A stretch of 64,000 bases of DNA. It comes from Eubacteriales bacterium. Its GTDB lineage: Bacteria > Bacillota > Clostridia > Oscillospirales > CAG-272. Below are positions 1-9,398 of this stretch, piece after piece; position 1 is the stretch's first letter; each line of letters begins with the position of its first letter. The translations under genes were made by a program, and so were the position numbers. The notes beneath the pieces were generated by a model. It was not told the DNA's origin. It worked only from the letters and a program-made list of their open reading frames with translations, and ran no database searches. The stretch is from the NCBI GenBank assembly GCA_045605265.1, contig JAZUPQ010000053.1, forward strand, positions 7,716 to 71,715, in the 5' to 3' direction.

Positions 1-11
1 GTGAGATGTAC

Positions 12-40
12 TTGACTTTGCACAATCAGTATGATAAAAT
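12..40 (+). promoter_or_regulatory. sigma-A type promoter for the MATE transporter gene
   Basis: TTGACT (12-17), a 17-bp spacer, then TAAAAT (35-40) preceded by TGn (extended -10). It lies about 30 nt upstream of the ATG at 73. Confidence 0.6.
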
Positions 41-72
41 TATTGAGAAAATGACGTCGAAGGGAGAGAATT

Positions 73-1392
73 ATGAATTTAATAGAAAGCAACGTGAAAA
101 AGTTATATTTCGTATATCTTCTCTCTGCTTTAGGCAGCACGCTCATTGCGACTATATACAGTACGTTTGATATGATCTGTATAGGTCAGTATGCCGGTCC
201 TATGGGAAGCGCGGCGGTTTCTTGCTCTAATCCGTTTTGGACTATTATGCTTGCTCCGGGCATTTTGCTCGGAATGGGCGGAGCCGTAATGATGAGTAAC
301 CGAAGGGGCGGAGGAAACGAGGAATCGGCGCAGAGATATTTCTCTCTTTCAATTTATCTTTCCGTCATAATTTCGCTTATCATCTTTTTCGTCACTACCG
401 TTTTTACAAAAGAGTTGTTGATTCTTTTCGGCGCAGAAGGCGAGGTTTTGGATTTAGCCTTGACCTACATAAAACCCGTAACCTATGCTTCGCCAAGTTT
501 TGCAATATGCGCATCCGCCGCCACGTTCGTGAGAAACGACGGAGAAGCGATGCTGCCGACAGTCGCGACCGTTATAGGCGGTATTGTTAACATTCTCGGC
601 GATATTTTCTTCGTGTTTGATTTTGGGCTTGGCCTTGGCGTTCGAGGCGCGGGATTTGCAACTGCGTTAGCTCAAATTGTTTCTTTTTTGATAATCTGCG
701 GGTATTTTTTCACTCGTAAATGTAAATTAAAGTTAACAAAAGTTGACAAATTCTGGGCTAGATTGTTGAAAATTTGCACCGTCGGACTTTCTGCTTTTAT
801 TGCAGAGGTTTCCTTCGGAGGCGTTACGGTGTTCTTTAATAACCTTATTATGAAAACCCTCTCGCCCGATCACCTTGCCGTATTTGGAACGGTGTCGAGC
901 GCTCTCATTATGCTTCAATGCCTGTACGCCGCGTTGGGCACGGCGCTCCAGCCAATCGTCAGCGCGAACTTCGGCGCAAAAGAGAAGGAGCGCGTAAAAA
1001 AGGTGTTTCTGCTGTCTCTCTTATGCTCGGGTATTTTAGGAGTGATTTTCACCGTCTTGACTCAGTCCTTCTCCTTGGAAATACTCAAAATTTATATGAA
1101 CGTTTCCGACCGGGTTACAGAAATAGGTCCTGGCATTTTGAGAAAATATATGGCCGGCGTCGGCATAATCGGATTTTCGATGGTTTCGTCATACTTTTTA
1201 CAGTCGATATTATACAAAACCTCTTCTGCCGCGCTTTCAATTTTAAGAGGACTCGTTCTTCCAATTTTATTCGCAGCGTGCTTGACCTTCATATTCGGAG
1301 CAGAATCTATTTGGTTTGCCATGCCGCTTGCAGAGCTTGTAACTCTCTTTATTTCGGTATTTTTGGTTTTGAGATCTTACAAGAAGTTATAA
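73..1392 (+). CDS. MATE family efflux transporter
   Basis: 439-aa polytopic ORF with about 12 hydrophobic helices. The N-terminal layout (..LLSALGSTLIATIYSTFDMICIGQYAGPMGSAAVS..) is typical of MatE-type exporters. An RBS GGGAGAG lies just upstream. Confidence 0.8.
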   Translation: MNLIESNVKKLYFVYLLSALGSTLIATIYSTFDMICIGQYAGPMGSAAVSCSNPFWTIMLAPGILLGMGGAVMMSNRRGGGNEESAQRYFSLSIYLSVIISLIIFFVTTVFTKELLILFGAEGEVLDLALTYIKPVTYASPSFAICASAATFVRNDGEAMLPTVATVIGGIVNILGDIFFVFDFGLGLGVRGAGFATALAQIVSFLIICGYFFTRKCKLKLTKVDKFWARLLKICTVGLSAFIAEVSFGGVTVFFNNLIMKTLSPDHLAVFGTVSSALIMLQCLYAALGTALQPIVSANFGAKEKERVKKVFLLSLLCSGILGVIFTVLTQSFSLEILKIYMNVSDRVTEIGPGILRKYMAGVGIIGFSMVSSYFLQSILYKTSSAALSILRGLVLPILFAACLTFIFGAESIWFAMPLAELVTLFISVFLVLRSYKKL

Positions 1393-1394
1393 CG

Positions 1395-1423
1395 AAAAGG
1401 GATGTCTGTGACATCCCTTTTTT
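1395..1423. terminator. bidirectional intrinsic terminator between the MATE gene and apbE
   Basis: 7-bp GC-rich stem GGGATGT/ACATCCC with a 5-nt loop. It is flanked by an A-run on the left and a T-run on the right. Confidence 0.75.
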
Positions 1424-2450
1424 AGTGTTTTATAGTTTTTATTTCTCCGCTCTTTTCAACCAGTATGACCTCTATATTTTCAAATTGCTTGACGTTCTCC
1501 TCGATTTCGGAAGTCTTCATATTGAAATACGCGGTGGACAGCGCGTCGCACACGGCGCTTGAAGAATAGATTACCGTAACGCTGACATAGTCGTTTCGGG
1601 GCATCAAAGTGTCTTTATCTATGATGTGATGGTAGTTTATCCCCCCCACCGTGTAAAATCTTTGGTAATTTCCACTTGTTACAACGGAGATGTTCTTCAC
1701 CTCAAAGGTTCTAATAAAGGCAACGCTCGATAACATATCCGGATTTTGAATTCCCGTCGTCCAGCCCTTGCCGTCAGGCTTTGCGCCGATAGCTTTCAAA
1801 TTTCCGCCGAAGTCCAAAACGTAGCCCTCGCCGTACTTTTCTCTTACGTACTCTCCGATAATTTCACAGGCGTATCCTTTGCCGAGAGCTCCTGCGTCAA
1901 GCTTTAATTTTTCATCGAGCCTTGCGACCGTCAGCGTCTCCTCGTCAAGCGCGAGATTTTCGATACTTGTGTGAAGATTTGCTTCTCTTAAAATTTCCTC
2001 GCTCGGCAGAGTTGCTTCATCAGGATTTTCAATTCCGTGCGTCCTGTGTTCGTGCCAAATTGATAAAACCGAGCCGAAAGCAATATTGACTTCTCCGTCC
2101 GTCAAAGCATACATTTCCTTTGCGAAAATTAAAAAATCAAAGAGCTCCTTATCAACCTTAACTCCGTTTCGCGAGGCGTTTATACTGGCCAGGTTATTAA
2201 TGCCCTCGTATTCGTTGTATATATCGAAAAGCTTGTGGTATTTCGACATCATATTTTCTACGTCACGGCAGACGGCTTCAAAGTTCTCTGCCGTTGCGCC
2301 CGTGTAATCGTAAAATATGGAAACCGTATCGAAATATTGATAAAAAACTCTGTTTTTCGCTTTGTCCCGGTTGCTGTTCCAACCTGCCTTGCAGGAAGAA
2401 AGATTAAGCAGAAAAAAAAGACAGAGAATTACAGAAATAATTTTTTTCAT
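1422..2450 (-). CDS. apbE: FAD:protein FMN transferase (ApbE family) lipoprotein
   Basis: 342 aa with a lipobox signal peptide (LLNLSSC). ApbE hallmarks are present: 'LDAGALGKGYA' and 'TSGNYQRFY..HHIIDKDT'. Confidence 0.8.
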   Translation of the reverse strand: MKKIISVILCLFFLLNLSSCKAGWNSNRDKAKNRVFYQYFDTVSIFYDYTGATAENFEAVCRDVENMMSKYHKLFDIYNEYEGINNLASINASRNGVKVDKELFDFLIFAKEMYALTDGEVNIAFGSVLSIWHEHRTHGIENPDEATLPSEEILREANLHTSIENLALDEETLTVARLDEKLKLDAGALGKGYACEIIGEYVREKYGEGYVLDFGGNLKAIGAKPDGKGWTTGIQNPDMLSSVAFIRTFEVKNISVVTSGNYQRFYTVGGINYHHIIDKDTLMPRNDYVSVTVIYSSSAVCDALSTAYFNMKTSEIEENVKQFENIEVILVEKSGEIKTIKH

Positions 2451-2534
2451 TTTACCGCCTTTTTTGCGTCATTCCGCATTTCATTTTCTTTATTTTACTA
2501 CATTTTTATTTTGCCGTCAAGGATAAGTTTTTGC

Positions 2535-2563
2535 TTGACATCGCAATATTATTATGTTATAAT
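2535..2563 (+). promoter_or_regulatory. sigma-A promoter of alaS
   Basis: TTGACA (2535-2540), a 17-bp spacer, then TGtTATAAT (-10 at 2558-2563). The leader to the alaS ATG is only about 35 nt, which leaves no room for a T-box. Confidence 0.75.
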
Positions 2564-2598
2564 CAATAATTGCTAATAAATATTTTGGAGGTCGCACA

Positions 2599-5211
2599 AT
2601 GAAGTGGACATCGCTTAACGAACTTCGCGAGAGGTTTCTTTCATTTTTTGAAGGCAAGGGTCATTTGAGACTCCCCAGCTTCTCCCTTGTTCCAAATAAT
2701 GACAAATCTCTTTTACTTATAAATTCGGGTATGGCTCCTATGAAAAAGTATTTCACAGGTGAGGAAATTCCGCCAAGAAACAGAGTCTGCACATGTCAAA
2801 AATGTATCCGCACTCCCGATCTTGAAAGAGTGGGACATACCGCGCGCCACGGAACTTATTTTGAAATGCTGGGCAATTTCTCCTTCGGCGATTATTTCAA
2901 GAACGAGGCTATTGAATGGGCGTGGGAATTTCTCACAAAGGACCTTGAAATTCCAAAGGAATTGCTCTGGCCCTCAGTTTATGAGGAGGACGACGAGGCT
3001 TACGGAATTTGGAGAGATAAAATAGGCGTTAACGAGTCTCATATTGTAAGACTTGGAAAGTCGGACAACTTCTGGGAGCACGGCACAGGACCTTGCGGTC
3101 CTTGCTCCGAAATCTACTTTGACAGAGGCGTAAAATACGGTTGCGGAAGTCCGGACTGTAAGCCGGGCTGCGACTGCGACAGATTTATGGAAATCTGGAA
3201 CAACGTATTCTCTCAATTCAATAACGACGGTTTGGGCAACTACACCGAACTTGCTAAAAAGAATATTGATACGGGTATGGGACTTGAACGTCTCGCCTGC
3301 GTGCTTCAAGGCGTGGACAACCTGTTTGAAGTTGACACCGTTCGCAGAATTCTTGACACGGTATGCTATATCGCAGGCAAAAAATACGGCGACAACCGCG
3401 ATGACGACGTGTCAATCCGCGTAATTACCGACCATATCAGAAGTTCGACGTTTATGATTTGCGACGGCGTTATTCCATCAAACGAGGGCCGCGGATACGT
3501 GCTTCGCAGAATTTTGAGAAGAGCCTGCCGTCACGGTAAGCTTTTGGGAATCAACAGAAAATTCCTCGAAGAACTCTGTCAGGTAGTAATCGAGCTCAAC
3601 GAAAACGCGTATCCCGAATTGACAACCAAGAAGGACTATGTCCTTAAAGTTATCGCTCTTGAAGAAGATAGATTTAACGCGACTATTGACGCAGGTCTTT
3701 CTATTCTCAATTCAGTTATTGAAAATGCAAAACGCGAAGGCAAAAAGGACATTTCCGGCGCCGACGCATTTAAACTTTACGATACATTCGGCTTCCCCGT
3801 TGATTTAACTCGCGAGATTGCCACCGAGGCAGGTCTTTCTATTGACGAGGAAGAATTCAAGAGCCTTATGCAAGAGCAAAAAGACAGGGCGAGGGCTGCA
3901 AGAGGTAATATTTCAGGCTGGTCGGATGACTCAAAAGAGCTTCTCAAAACCCTTCCTGAAACCAATTTCGTTGGTTACGAAAATAACCAATGCAAAGCGA
4001 AGGTTCTCTCTATAATTTCCGACGGAGAAAAAATTGACGAAATTTCAGAAGGTGAATGTTCTATCGTATTCGACACCACCGTATTTTACGGTGAAGGAGG
4101 CGGTCAGGTAGGCGACACGGGCGTAATCGAAAGTGAAAACGCTTCTCTCTCCGTTTACGACACGAAGAAAACCAACGGAATCTATCTTCATGAGGTTAAA
4201 ATTGAAGCGGGCAAGGTAAAAATCGGCGACGAGCTAACCCTGTCAATCAACGTAGAAAGACGCGATGCAATTCGCAGAAATCACTCCGCTTGTCACCTTC
4301 TTCAAAACGCGCTCCGCGAAGTGCTTGGAACCCACGTTGAACAGGCGGGCTCTTACGTAGATGAAAAGCGCGTGAGATTCGACTTCTCCCACCTTTCTCC
4401 TCTCACGAAAGAGGAAATTGCAAGGGTTGAGGCTCTCGTGAACTCACACATTCTTCTTGCCGAAAACTGCGAGACAGTAACAACGGACATCAACACCGCT
4501 AAAAGTATGGGAGCTATGGCTCTCTTCGGTGAAAAATACGGCAACACCGTAAGAGTTGTTAAAATCGGTTCTAAATCGATTGAGCTTTGCGGAGGCACTC
4601 ACGTAAACTCCACCGGAAATATAGGTCTGTTTAAAATCATATCGGAAACCTCTGTCGCATCGGGTGTAAGAAGAATTGAAGGCACGACGGGTCTTGGCGT
4701 TCTCGCCCTTCTTTCAGATCGTGAGGCTCTCATTTCCGACGTGGCTCGCGAACTCAAAACCCAAGACACACATTCCGTTGCCAAAAAGGTCAATTCTCTC
4801 CAAGGCGAAATGAAAGAGCTCAAACGCGAGCTTGAAAGCGCCAACGCAAGACTTTCCGAGCTTAAGGGCGCAGCACTTATTGAAAACGTCAAGTCGGTTA
4901 AAGGCTTTAAACTTCTCACGGCAAAGGTTGACGTCAAGCCCGACGAGGCAAGAGCAATCTGCGACAGCTTCAAGTCCAAATATGCCGACGGCGTAGCAGT
5001 TCTTGCAACGGTATTTGCCGGAAAGCTCAACTTTGTTGCCTGCGCAGGCAGCGCGGCTGTTAAAAACGGCGCGCACGCCGGAAATATCCTTAAAGAAATT
5101 TCCATAATCTGCGACGGTCGCGGGGGCGGACGCCCGGATAGCGCCATGAGCGGCGGTAAAGATATCTCAAAGGTAGATGCTGCGCTCGCAAAAGTTGAGG
5201 AGCTTTTATAA
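2599..5211 (+). CDS. alaS: alanine--tRNA ligase
   Basis: 870 aa with an AlaRS N-terminus 'FLSFFEGKGHLRLPSFSLVP'. It carries the editing-domain motif 'HSACHLL', 'CGGTHV' and a C-terminal 'GGGGRPD'. An RBS GGAGG lies upstream. Confidence 0.97.
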   Translation: MKWTSLNELRERFLSFFEGKGHLRLPSFSLVPNNDKSLLLINSGMAPMKKYFTGEEIPPRNRVCTCQKCIRTPDLERVGHTARHGTYFEMLGNFSFGDYFKNEAIEWAWEFLTKDLEIPKELLWPSVYEEDDEAYGIWRDKIGVNESHIVRLGKSDNFWEHGTGPCGPCSEIYFDRGVKYGCGSPDCKPGCDCDRFMEIWNNVFSQFNNDGLGNYTELAKKNIDTGMGLERLACVLQGVDNLFEVDTVRRILDTVCYIAGKKYGDNRDDDVSIRVITDHIRSSTFMICDGVIPSNEGRGYVLRRILRRACRHGKLLGINRKFLEELCQVVIELNENAYPELTTKKDYVLKVIALEEDRFNATIDAGLSILNSVIENAKREGKKDISGADAFKLYDTFGFPVDLTREIATEAGLSIDEEEFKSLMQEQKDRARAARGNISGWSDDSKELLKTLPETNFVGYENNQCKAKVLSIISDGEKIDEISEGECSIVFDTTVFYGEGGGQVGDTGVIESENASLSVYDTKKTNGIYLHEVKIEAGKVKIGDELTLSINVERRDAIRRNHSACHLLQNALREVLGTHVEQAGSYVDEKRVRFDFSHLSPLTKEEIARVEALVNSHILLAENCETVTTDINTAKSMGAMALFGEKYGNTVRVVKIGSKSIELCGGTHVNSTGNIGLFKIISETSVASGVRRIEGTTGLGVLALLSDREALISDVARELKTQDTHSVAKKVNSLQGEMKELKRELESANARLSELKGAALIENVKSVKGFKLLTAKVDVKPDEARAICDSFKSKYADGVAVLATVFAGKLNFVACAGSAAVKNGAHAGNILKEISIICDGRGGGRPDSAMSGGKDISKVDAALAKVEELL

Positions 5212-5230
5212 TTAACCTTGAAATTTTTAA

Positions 5231-5265
5231 GGGTAGTTCAGGATTAAACCTGACCTACCCTTTTT
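5231..5265. terminator. intrinsic terminator after alaS, shared with the convergent small membrane protein gene
   Basis: 12-bp stem GGGTAGTTCAGG/CCTGACCTACCC with one mismatch, followed by TTTTT. Confidence 0.75.
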
Positions 5266-5268
5266 ATA

Positions 5269-5655
5269 TTACAAATCAGGAGTTGAACCGGGGTTTGAAT
5301 CCTCCGGTGTTATGCCAAACTCCTCGAAATACTTTCTTATATATTCATCAAAAATTTCCTCGGAAATCGTAAAAAGCGAAATCACGATAAGCGTTGATAT
5401 TACAAGACCGAGTATTCCAAGGGCCATGCCCACCGTTGCGCTCGATTCAAAACGTCCAGTTTCCTTTCTCGCCATTAAAGACAGGACGATGGCCACAATT
5501 CCAAAAACTATTCCTGCGTATCCAACCGAAGTACCAACCATAGAAAGTATTCCGAATATCATAGATGCAGTCGATAAAGAATTGCTTTTGGGTCTCATAT
5601 ATGGACTGTTATAATTATTATAGTGGTAGGAATTATATCCGTATCCGTTGTTCAT
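5269..5655 (-). CDS. small membrane protein (DUF4190-like: Tyr/Asn-rich N-terminus plus two TM helices)
   Basis: 128 aa with a low-complexity N-terminus 'NNGYGYNSYHYNNYNSPY', followed by two long hydrophobic segments. The function is unknown. Confidence 0.5.
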   Translation of the reverse strand: MNNGYGYNSYHYNNYNSPYMRPKSNSLSTASMIFGILSMVGTSVGYAGIVFGIVAIVLSLMARKETGRFESSATVGMALGILGLVISTLIVISLFTISEEIFDEYIRKYFEEFGITPEDSNPGSTPDL

Positions 5656-5884
5656 TTAATGCACCTCTCTTTTTTAATATTTTACCACAAAAAATATCAA
5701 ATTTCAAGTTTTGTTTTAATAAATTTTGTTTTTTATTATTTCGACTTTATATTGGAAAATTCTTAAGCAAAACTCCGTTTTGTATTACAACCTGTAATTT
5801 ACAGTTTTAACGCATTTTTTCTTTTTTCCAGGTAATAATAGGATTAAAAGAAAAGTATAGTTTACATTAAGGGGTATTTTCAAT

Positions 5885-6337
5885 ATGAATGTTGAGAAAA
5901 ACAGCGACTTTCAAAAGTTAAAAGAAAGTCACGCTCCAAAGTCTCCTATTATTAAAAATTTAATTTTTGCATTTTTGAGCGGCGGATTTATTTGCGGAGC
6001 CGGACAAGGTCTTTTCTTCCTTTTTTCAAGCATGGGATTAGAGGATAAACACGCCTATACCCTGGTCACCATTTGCTTTATATTTTTATCCGCCACTCTC
6101 ACCGCCTTTGGCGTTTTTGACAAGATTGCCAGATTCAGCGGAGCAGGTACGCTGCTCCCCGTAACGGGATTTGCCAACAGCGTAACCTCCTCTGCCATAG
6201 ACGCAAAGAGCGAGGGACTCGTGGCCGGAATTGGCGTAAAGATTTTTTCTGTTGCAGGTCCTGTAATTTTATATTCTACCTTGGCCGGCACATTCTACGG
6301 CATCATCTATTATTTTTATACAATATTTTGGGGGTAA
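5885..6337 (+). CDS. spoVAC: stage V sporulation protein AC
   Basis: 150-aa four-helix membrane protein. Its size and sequence ('FLSGGFICGAGQ', 'PVTGFANSV') match SpoVAC. It is the first gene of a spoVAC-AD-AE triplet. Confidence 0.85.
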   Translation: MNVEKNSDFQKLKESHAPKSPIIKNLIFAFLSGGFICGAGQGLFFLFSSMGLEDKHAYTLVTICFIFLSATLTAFGVFDKIARFSGAGTLLPVTGFANSVTSSAIDAKSEGLVAGIGVKIFSVAGPVILYSTLAGTFYGIIYYFYTIFWG

Positions 6338-6339
6338 TT

Positions 6340-7332
6340 ATGCGTAATATTCTTGATTTTTCAAATAATCCTCCTTCATTTATTTCTTACAGTGCAGTAG
6401 GCGGTTTTGAGGAAAGACGCGGACCTTTGGGTAAAAATTTCGACCTCTGTGACGACAGCGACCGTTTTGGGCAAACTACTTGGGAACTTGCAGAGAGTGA
6501 AATGGCAAGAACCTCTTTAAACCTAGCCTTAAATAAATCCTCTCTGTCTCCTCAAAATATAGACGTTCTTTTTGCAGGAGACCTCGAAAACCAGTGTGTT
6601 GCTTCTGCCGTCGGCCTTTATTCCTTTGGTATTCCATACGTCGGACTCTACTCGGCCTGTTCTACCTTAACCGAGGGGCTTTTACTTTGCTCGACCATGC
6701 TCTCATCCCAAAATTTTAATTACGGCGCAGTAGTTACCTCGTCTCACAACAGCGCGGCGGAAAGACAGTTCAGAACGCCCGTTGAATATGGCGGGCAGAG
6801 AACCCCCAGCGCTCAATGGACTGCCACGGCCTCCGGTGCTTTTATTCTCGGAAAGGGCGGAAAGGTTAAAATAACGGAAGCTATGGTTGGAAAAATCGTA
6901 GACGGTCTGACACTTGACGGGAGCGATATGGGGTCAGCTATGTCAAGAAGCGCTTTTGACAGTATTTACACCTATCTTTCCATTAAAAACAATGCCGACA
7001 AAATCGACCTTTTCGTCACGGGAGATCTTGGGGTTTACGGTTCTGAGGTGCTTCGGGATTTGATTTCCAGAGAAGGACTTTTCCCACCCGAAAAGCACGT
7101 GGATTGCGGTATGCTTTTGTACGATTTAAAATCGAAGGACGCCCACGCGGGAGCAAGCGGCTGCGGTTGTTCGGCAGCAACTCTCGCCTCTCACTTTTTA
7201 CCGAAGCTCGAAAACGGTGAGATTAACGAAATTTTGTTTATGAGCACAGGCGCTTTGATGAGTCCTTCAAGCCTGCTTCAAAAACAAAACATTCTCGGTA
7301 TAACGCCACTAATTCACTTAAAAGGAGAATGA
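6340..7332 (+). CDS. spoVAD: stage V sporulation protein AD
   Basis: About 330 aa with a thiolase-like fold signature ('YSACSTLTEGL', 'HAGASGCGCSA'). The ATG at 6340 follows an RBS GGGGG; the track start at 6328 is a non-ATG alternative. Confidence 0.85.
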   Translation: MRNILDFSNNPPSFISYSAVGGFEERRGPLGKNFDLCDDSDRFGQTTWELAESEMARTSLNLALNKSSLSPQNIDVLFAGDLENQCVASAVGLYSFGIPYVGLYSACSTLTEGLLLCSTMLSSQNFNYGAVVTSSHNSAAERQFRTPVEYGGQRTPSAQWTATASGAFILGKGGKVKITEAMVGKIVDGLTLDGSDMGSAMSRSAFDSIYTYLSIKNNADKIDLFVTGDLGVYGSEVLRDLISREGLFPPEKHVDCGMLLYDLKSKDAHAGASGCGCSAATLASHFLPKLENGEINEILFMSTGALMSPSSLLQKQNILGITPLIHLKGE

Positions 7333-7700
7333 AAATGTTTTTAAAAATACTTCTTGCATTTCTGTTTGGCGGTCTTTTATGCGCCATAACGCAAATAGTT
7401 ATTGACAAAACCGCCCTAACTCCCGCAAAAATATTGGTTTCGGTAGTAGTGGCCGGAGTTGTAATCGGAGCTCTCGGCTGGTTTTCTCCTCTTACGGACA
7501 TTTTCGGCTGTGGTATAACCGTCCCCCTTATAGGATTTGGAGGAAACGTGGCAAAGGGTGTCAAAGAAGCGGTGGACTCCGACGGTCTTTTGGGGGCTAT
7601 AGGAGGCGCATTCAAGAGCGCGGGAGTAGGTCTTGGAGCCTCGCTTTTTTTGGGATTTTTAGTGTCGATTTTCACCAAAGGAACTTCTAAGCGCTTGTAA
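7329..7700 (+). CDS. spoVAE: stage V sporulation protein AE (SpoVAEB-type)
   Basis: 123-aa membrane protein with 'FLFGGLLCAITQ' and 'PLIGFGGNVAKG'. It overlaps the spoVAD stop. The start could instead be the ATG at 7335, which is better spaced from the AAAGGAG RBS. Confidence 0.8.
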   Translation: MKMFLKILLAFLFGGLLCAITQIVIDKTALTPAKILVSVVVAGVVIGALGWFSPLTDIFGCGITVPLIGFGGNVAKGVKEAVDSDGLLGAIGGAFKSAGVGLGASLFLGFLVSIFTKGTSKRL

Positions 7701-7743
7701 ATAAACATTTACATCAAAAAAGTATATTTTTTTGTCTTTTCCC

Positions 7744-7772
7744 TTGATTTTTCCTTATATATATGTTATAAT
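7744..7772 (+). promoter_or_regulatory. sigma-A promoter of dnaA
   Basis: TTGATT (7744-7749), a 17-bp spacer, then TGtTATAAT (-10 at 7767-7772). Confidence 0.65.
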
Positions 7773-7832
7773 TACTTGAATAAGTATTTTAAAATATTTT
7801 ACAGAAAAAAAGGAAAGGACATTTAGGCTTTT

Positions 7833-9236
7833 ATGAGCGAATTGAATGACATCACCGCCCAGGTTCTCGCAATTATAAAAACAAATTTCAATACCACGCC
7901 CACAATCTTTAATCTGTGGTTTGATAAATTGCATCTCGTCTCGCTTTCTGAAGAAAAAGCGGTCTTTAAAACCCCCACTCCTCTCAAACAAAAAATTTTA
8001 AAAAAGCAGTATTATTCCGTGATATCCGAAGCCTTAGCCGAGGTAATTGGTTTCGACGTTGAGCTCGAGTTCGTCTTGTCGGATGAGGCTTTGAAATCCA
8101 CGGTAATAGAGGATATAGATTTTGACGAATACACCGCAGTGGAGGAAAGTCAGGAGGACCGCGAAGAAAGAGGTAAAAACATATCCCTGCTCGTCAGCGA
8201 CGATATTCCCTCTCAAAACCAAAAAATTCTTTCGGAATACACCTTTGACAACTTCATAGAAGGCGCGTCTAATAAATTTGCAAGGGCGGCTTGCTACGCA
8301 GTTGCTCAAGAGCCTACATATTACAATCCGCTGTTTATTTACGGTCATTCGGGACTCGGTAAAACCCACCTTCTTTACGCGGTAATAAACCATCTTAAAG
8401 AATATCACCCGAAATTAAAAATCGTTTATAAGAGAAGCGAGGATTTTATAAACGAGCTTATTGATGCTATTCAAAATCACGATACGACTAATTTCAAAGA
8501 AAAATACCGTACGGCAGACGTTTTGCTGATAGACGATATCCAGTTTATATCCGGAAAGGTTTCAACTCAGGAAGAATTTTTCCACACCTTCTCGACTCTG
8601 TATGAGGCAAACAAACAAATCATTCTCACAAGCGACCGTCCCCCAAAGGAAATCAAGCCCTTGGAGGACAGACTCCGCACAAGATTTGAAGGCGGACTTC
8701 TTGCAGACGTGCAGCCGCCGTCATTTGAACTCAGAACTGCTATTATAAAGAAAAAAGCAGATACTATGGGACTTCTCATTTCAAACGATATGGTTGATTA
8801 TATGGCCGAGAGACTCCAAAACAACATAAGACAAATAGAGGGCGTTTTAAAAAGACTCAATGCGCTTTACTCCCTCTCGGGCGTTTCTATCACAAAGGAA
8901 TCTATAGACCAGACGATATCGATTATAGACCCCGGTAACATTCCTACCGACGCCTTGGTTGAGAAAATTCTCACGACGGTCAGCAATTATTACAGCATAT
9001 CAGTGGATAACCTTAAATCCAAGAAAAGAAATGAGACAATCGCCAACGCAAGACATATTGCGATATATCTGATCAGAAAATTGACCGAACTTCCATTAAA
9101 ATCAATCGGCGAGATATTTAACCGCGATTATTCAACCGCAATTTCTTCAATTTCCAAGGTAGAGCTTAATATAAAAACCAAGAATAACACCAGCATGGAA
9201 ATCAAAAAACTTATAAAGGAAATAAAGAGTAATTGA
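7833..9236 (+). CDS. dnaA: chromosomal replication initiator protein DnaA
   Basis: 467 aa with Walker A 'GHSGLGKTHL', Walker B 'VLLIDDIQF' and a domain IV HTH 'ARHIAIYLIRKLT'. The canonical downstream synteny is present. Confidence 0.97.
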   Translation: MSELNDITAQVLAIIKTNFNTTPTIFNLWFDKLHLVSLSEEKAVFKTPTPLKQKILKKQYYSVISEALAEVIGFDVELEFVLSDEALKSTVIEDIDFDEYTAVEESQEDREERGKNISLLVSDDIPSQNQKILSEYTFDNFIEGASNKFARAACYAVAQEPTYYNPLFIYGHSGLGKTHLLYAVINHLKEYHPKLKIVYKRSEDFINELIDAIQNHDTTNFKEKYRTADVLLIDDIQFISGKVSTQEEFFHTFSTLYEANKQIILTSDRPPKEIKPLEDRLRTRFEGGLLADVQPPSFELRTAIIKKKADTMGLLISNDMVDYMAERLQNNIRQIEGVLKRLNALYSLSGVSITKESIDQTISIIDPGNIPTDALVEKILTTVSNYYSISVDNLKSKKRNETIANARHIAIYLIRKLTELPLKSIGEIFNRDYSTAISSISKVELNIKTKNNTSMEIKKLIKEIKSN

Positions 9237-9238
9237 TT

Positions 9239-9398
9239 TGTTAACATTTTAATGTTGAAATGTTGATAAATGGGCGTTGAAAGTGATGTTGAAAAACTCA
9301 AACTTAACATAATAAGTTTTTAACATAAAATTGTTTAAAATTAAGGAGTAAAAACCTTGAAAAATCAAGGACTTTCAAGGTTAATATATATTTCAACA
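9239..9398. other. candidate oriC segment: a cluster of DnaA-box-like TGTTGA(A/T)A(A/T) motifs plus an AT-rich stretch
   Basis: The motifs are TGTTGAAAT (9253-9261), TGTTGATAA (9261-9269, one mismatch to TGTGGATAA), CGTTGAAAG (9275-9283), TGTTGAAAA (9287-9295) and an inverted ATTTCAACA (9390-9398). A palindromic TGTTAACA lies at 9239-9246. The sequence between them is strongly AT-rich. Confidence 0.45.

Noticed and set aside
918-1562. A 214-aa plus-strand ORF bridging the MATE gene and apbE.
   Set aside because: It is out of frame with the MATE CDS and then antisense to apbE. It is Arg-rich and crosses a strong bidirectional terminator.
4599-5147. 182-aa and 120-aa minus-strand ORFs.
   Set aside because: They are antisense within alaS. 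Their Ser/Ala/Leu-rich composition is typical of shadow ORFs.
5811-5884. A forespore (sigma-F/G) type promoter upstream of spoVAC.
   Set aside because: One is expected biologically, but I could not find a convincing match with correct spacing to the -35 and -10 consensus by eye, so no feature is reported.
7238-7708. A 156-aa minus-strand ORF.
   Set aside because: It is antisense to spoVAD and spoVAE. It has a Pro/Ala-rich shadow composition and no RBS.
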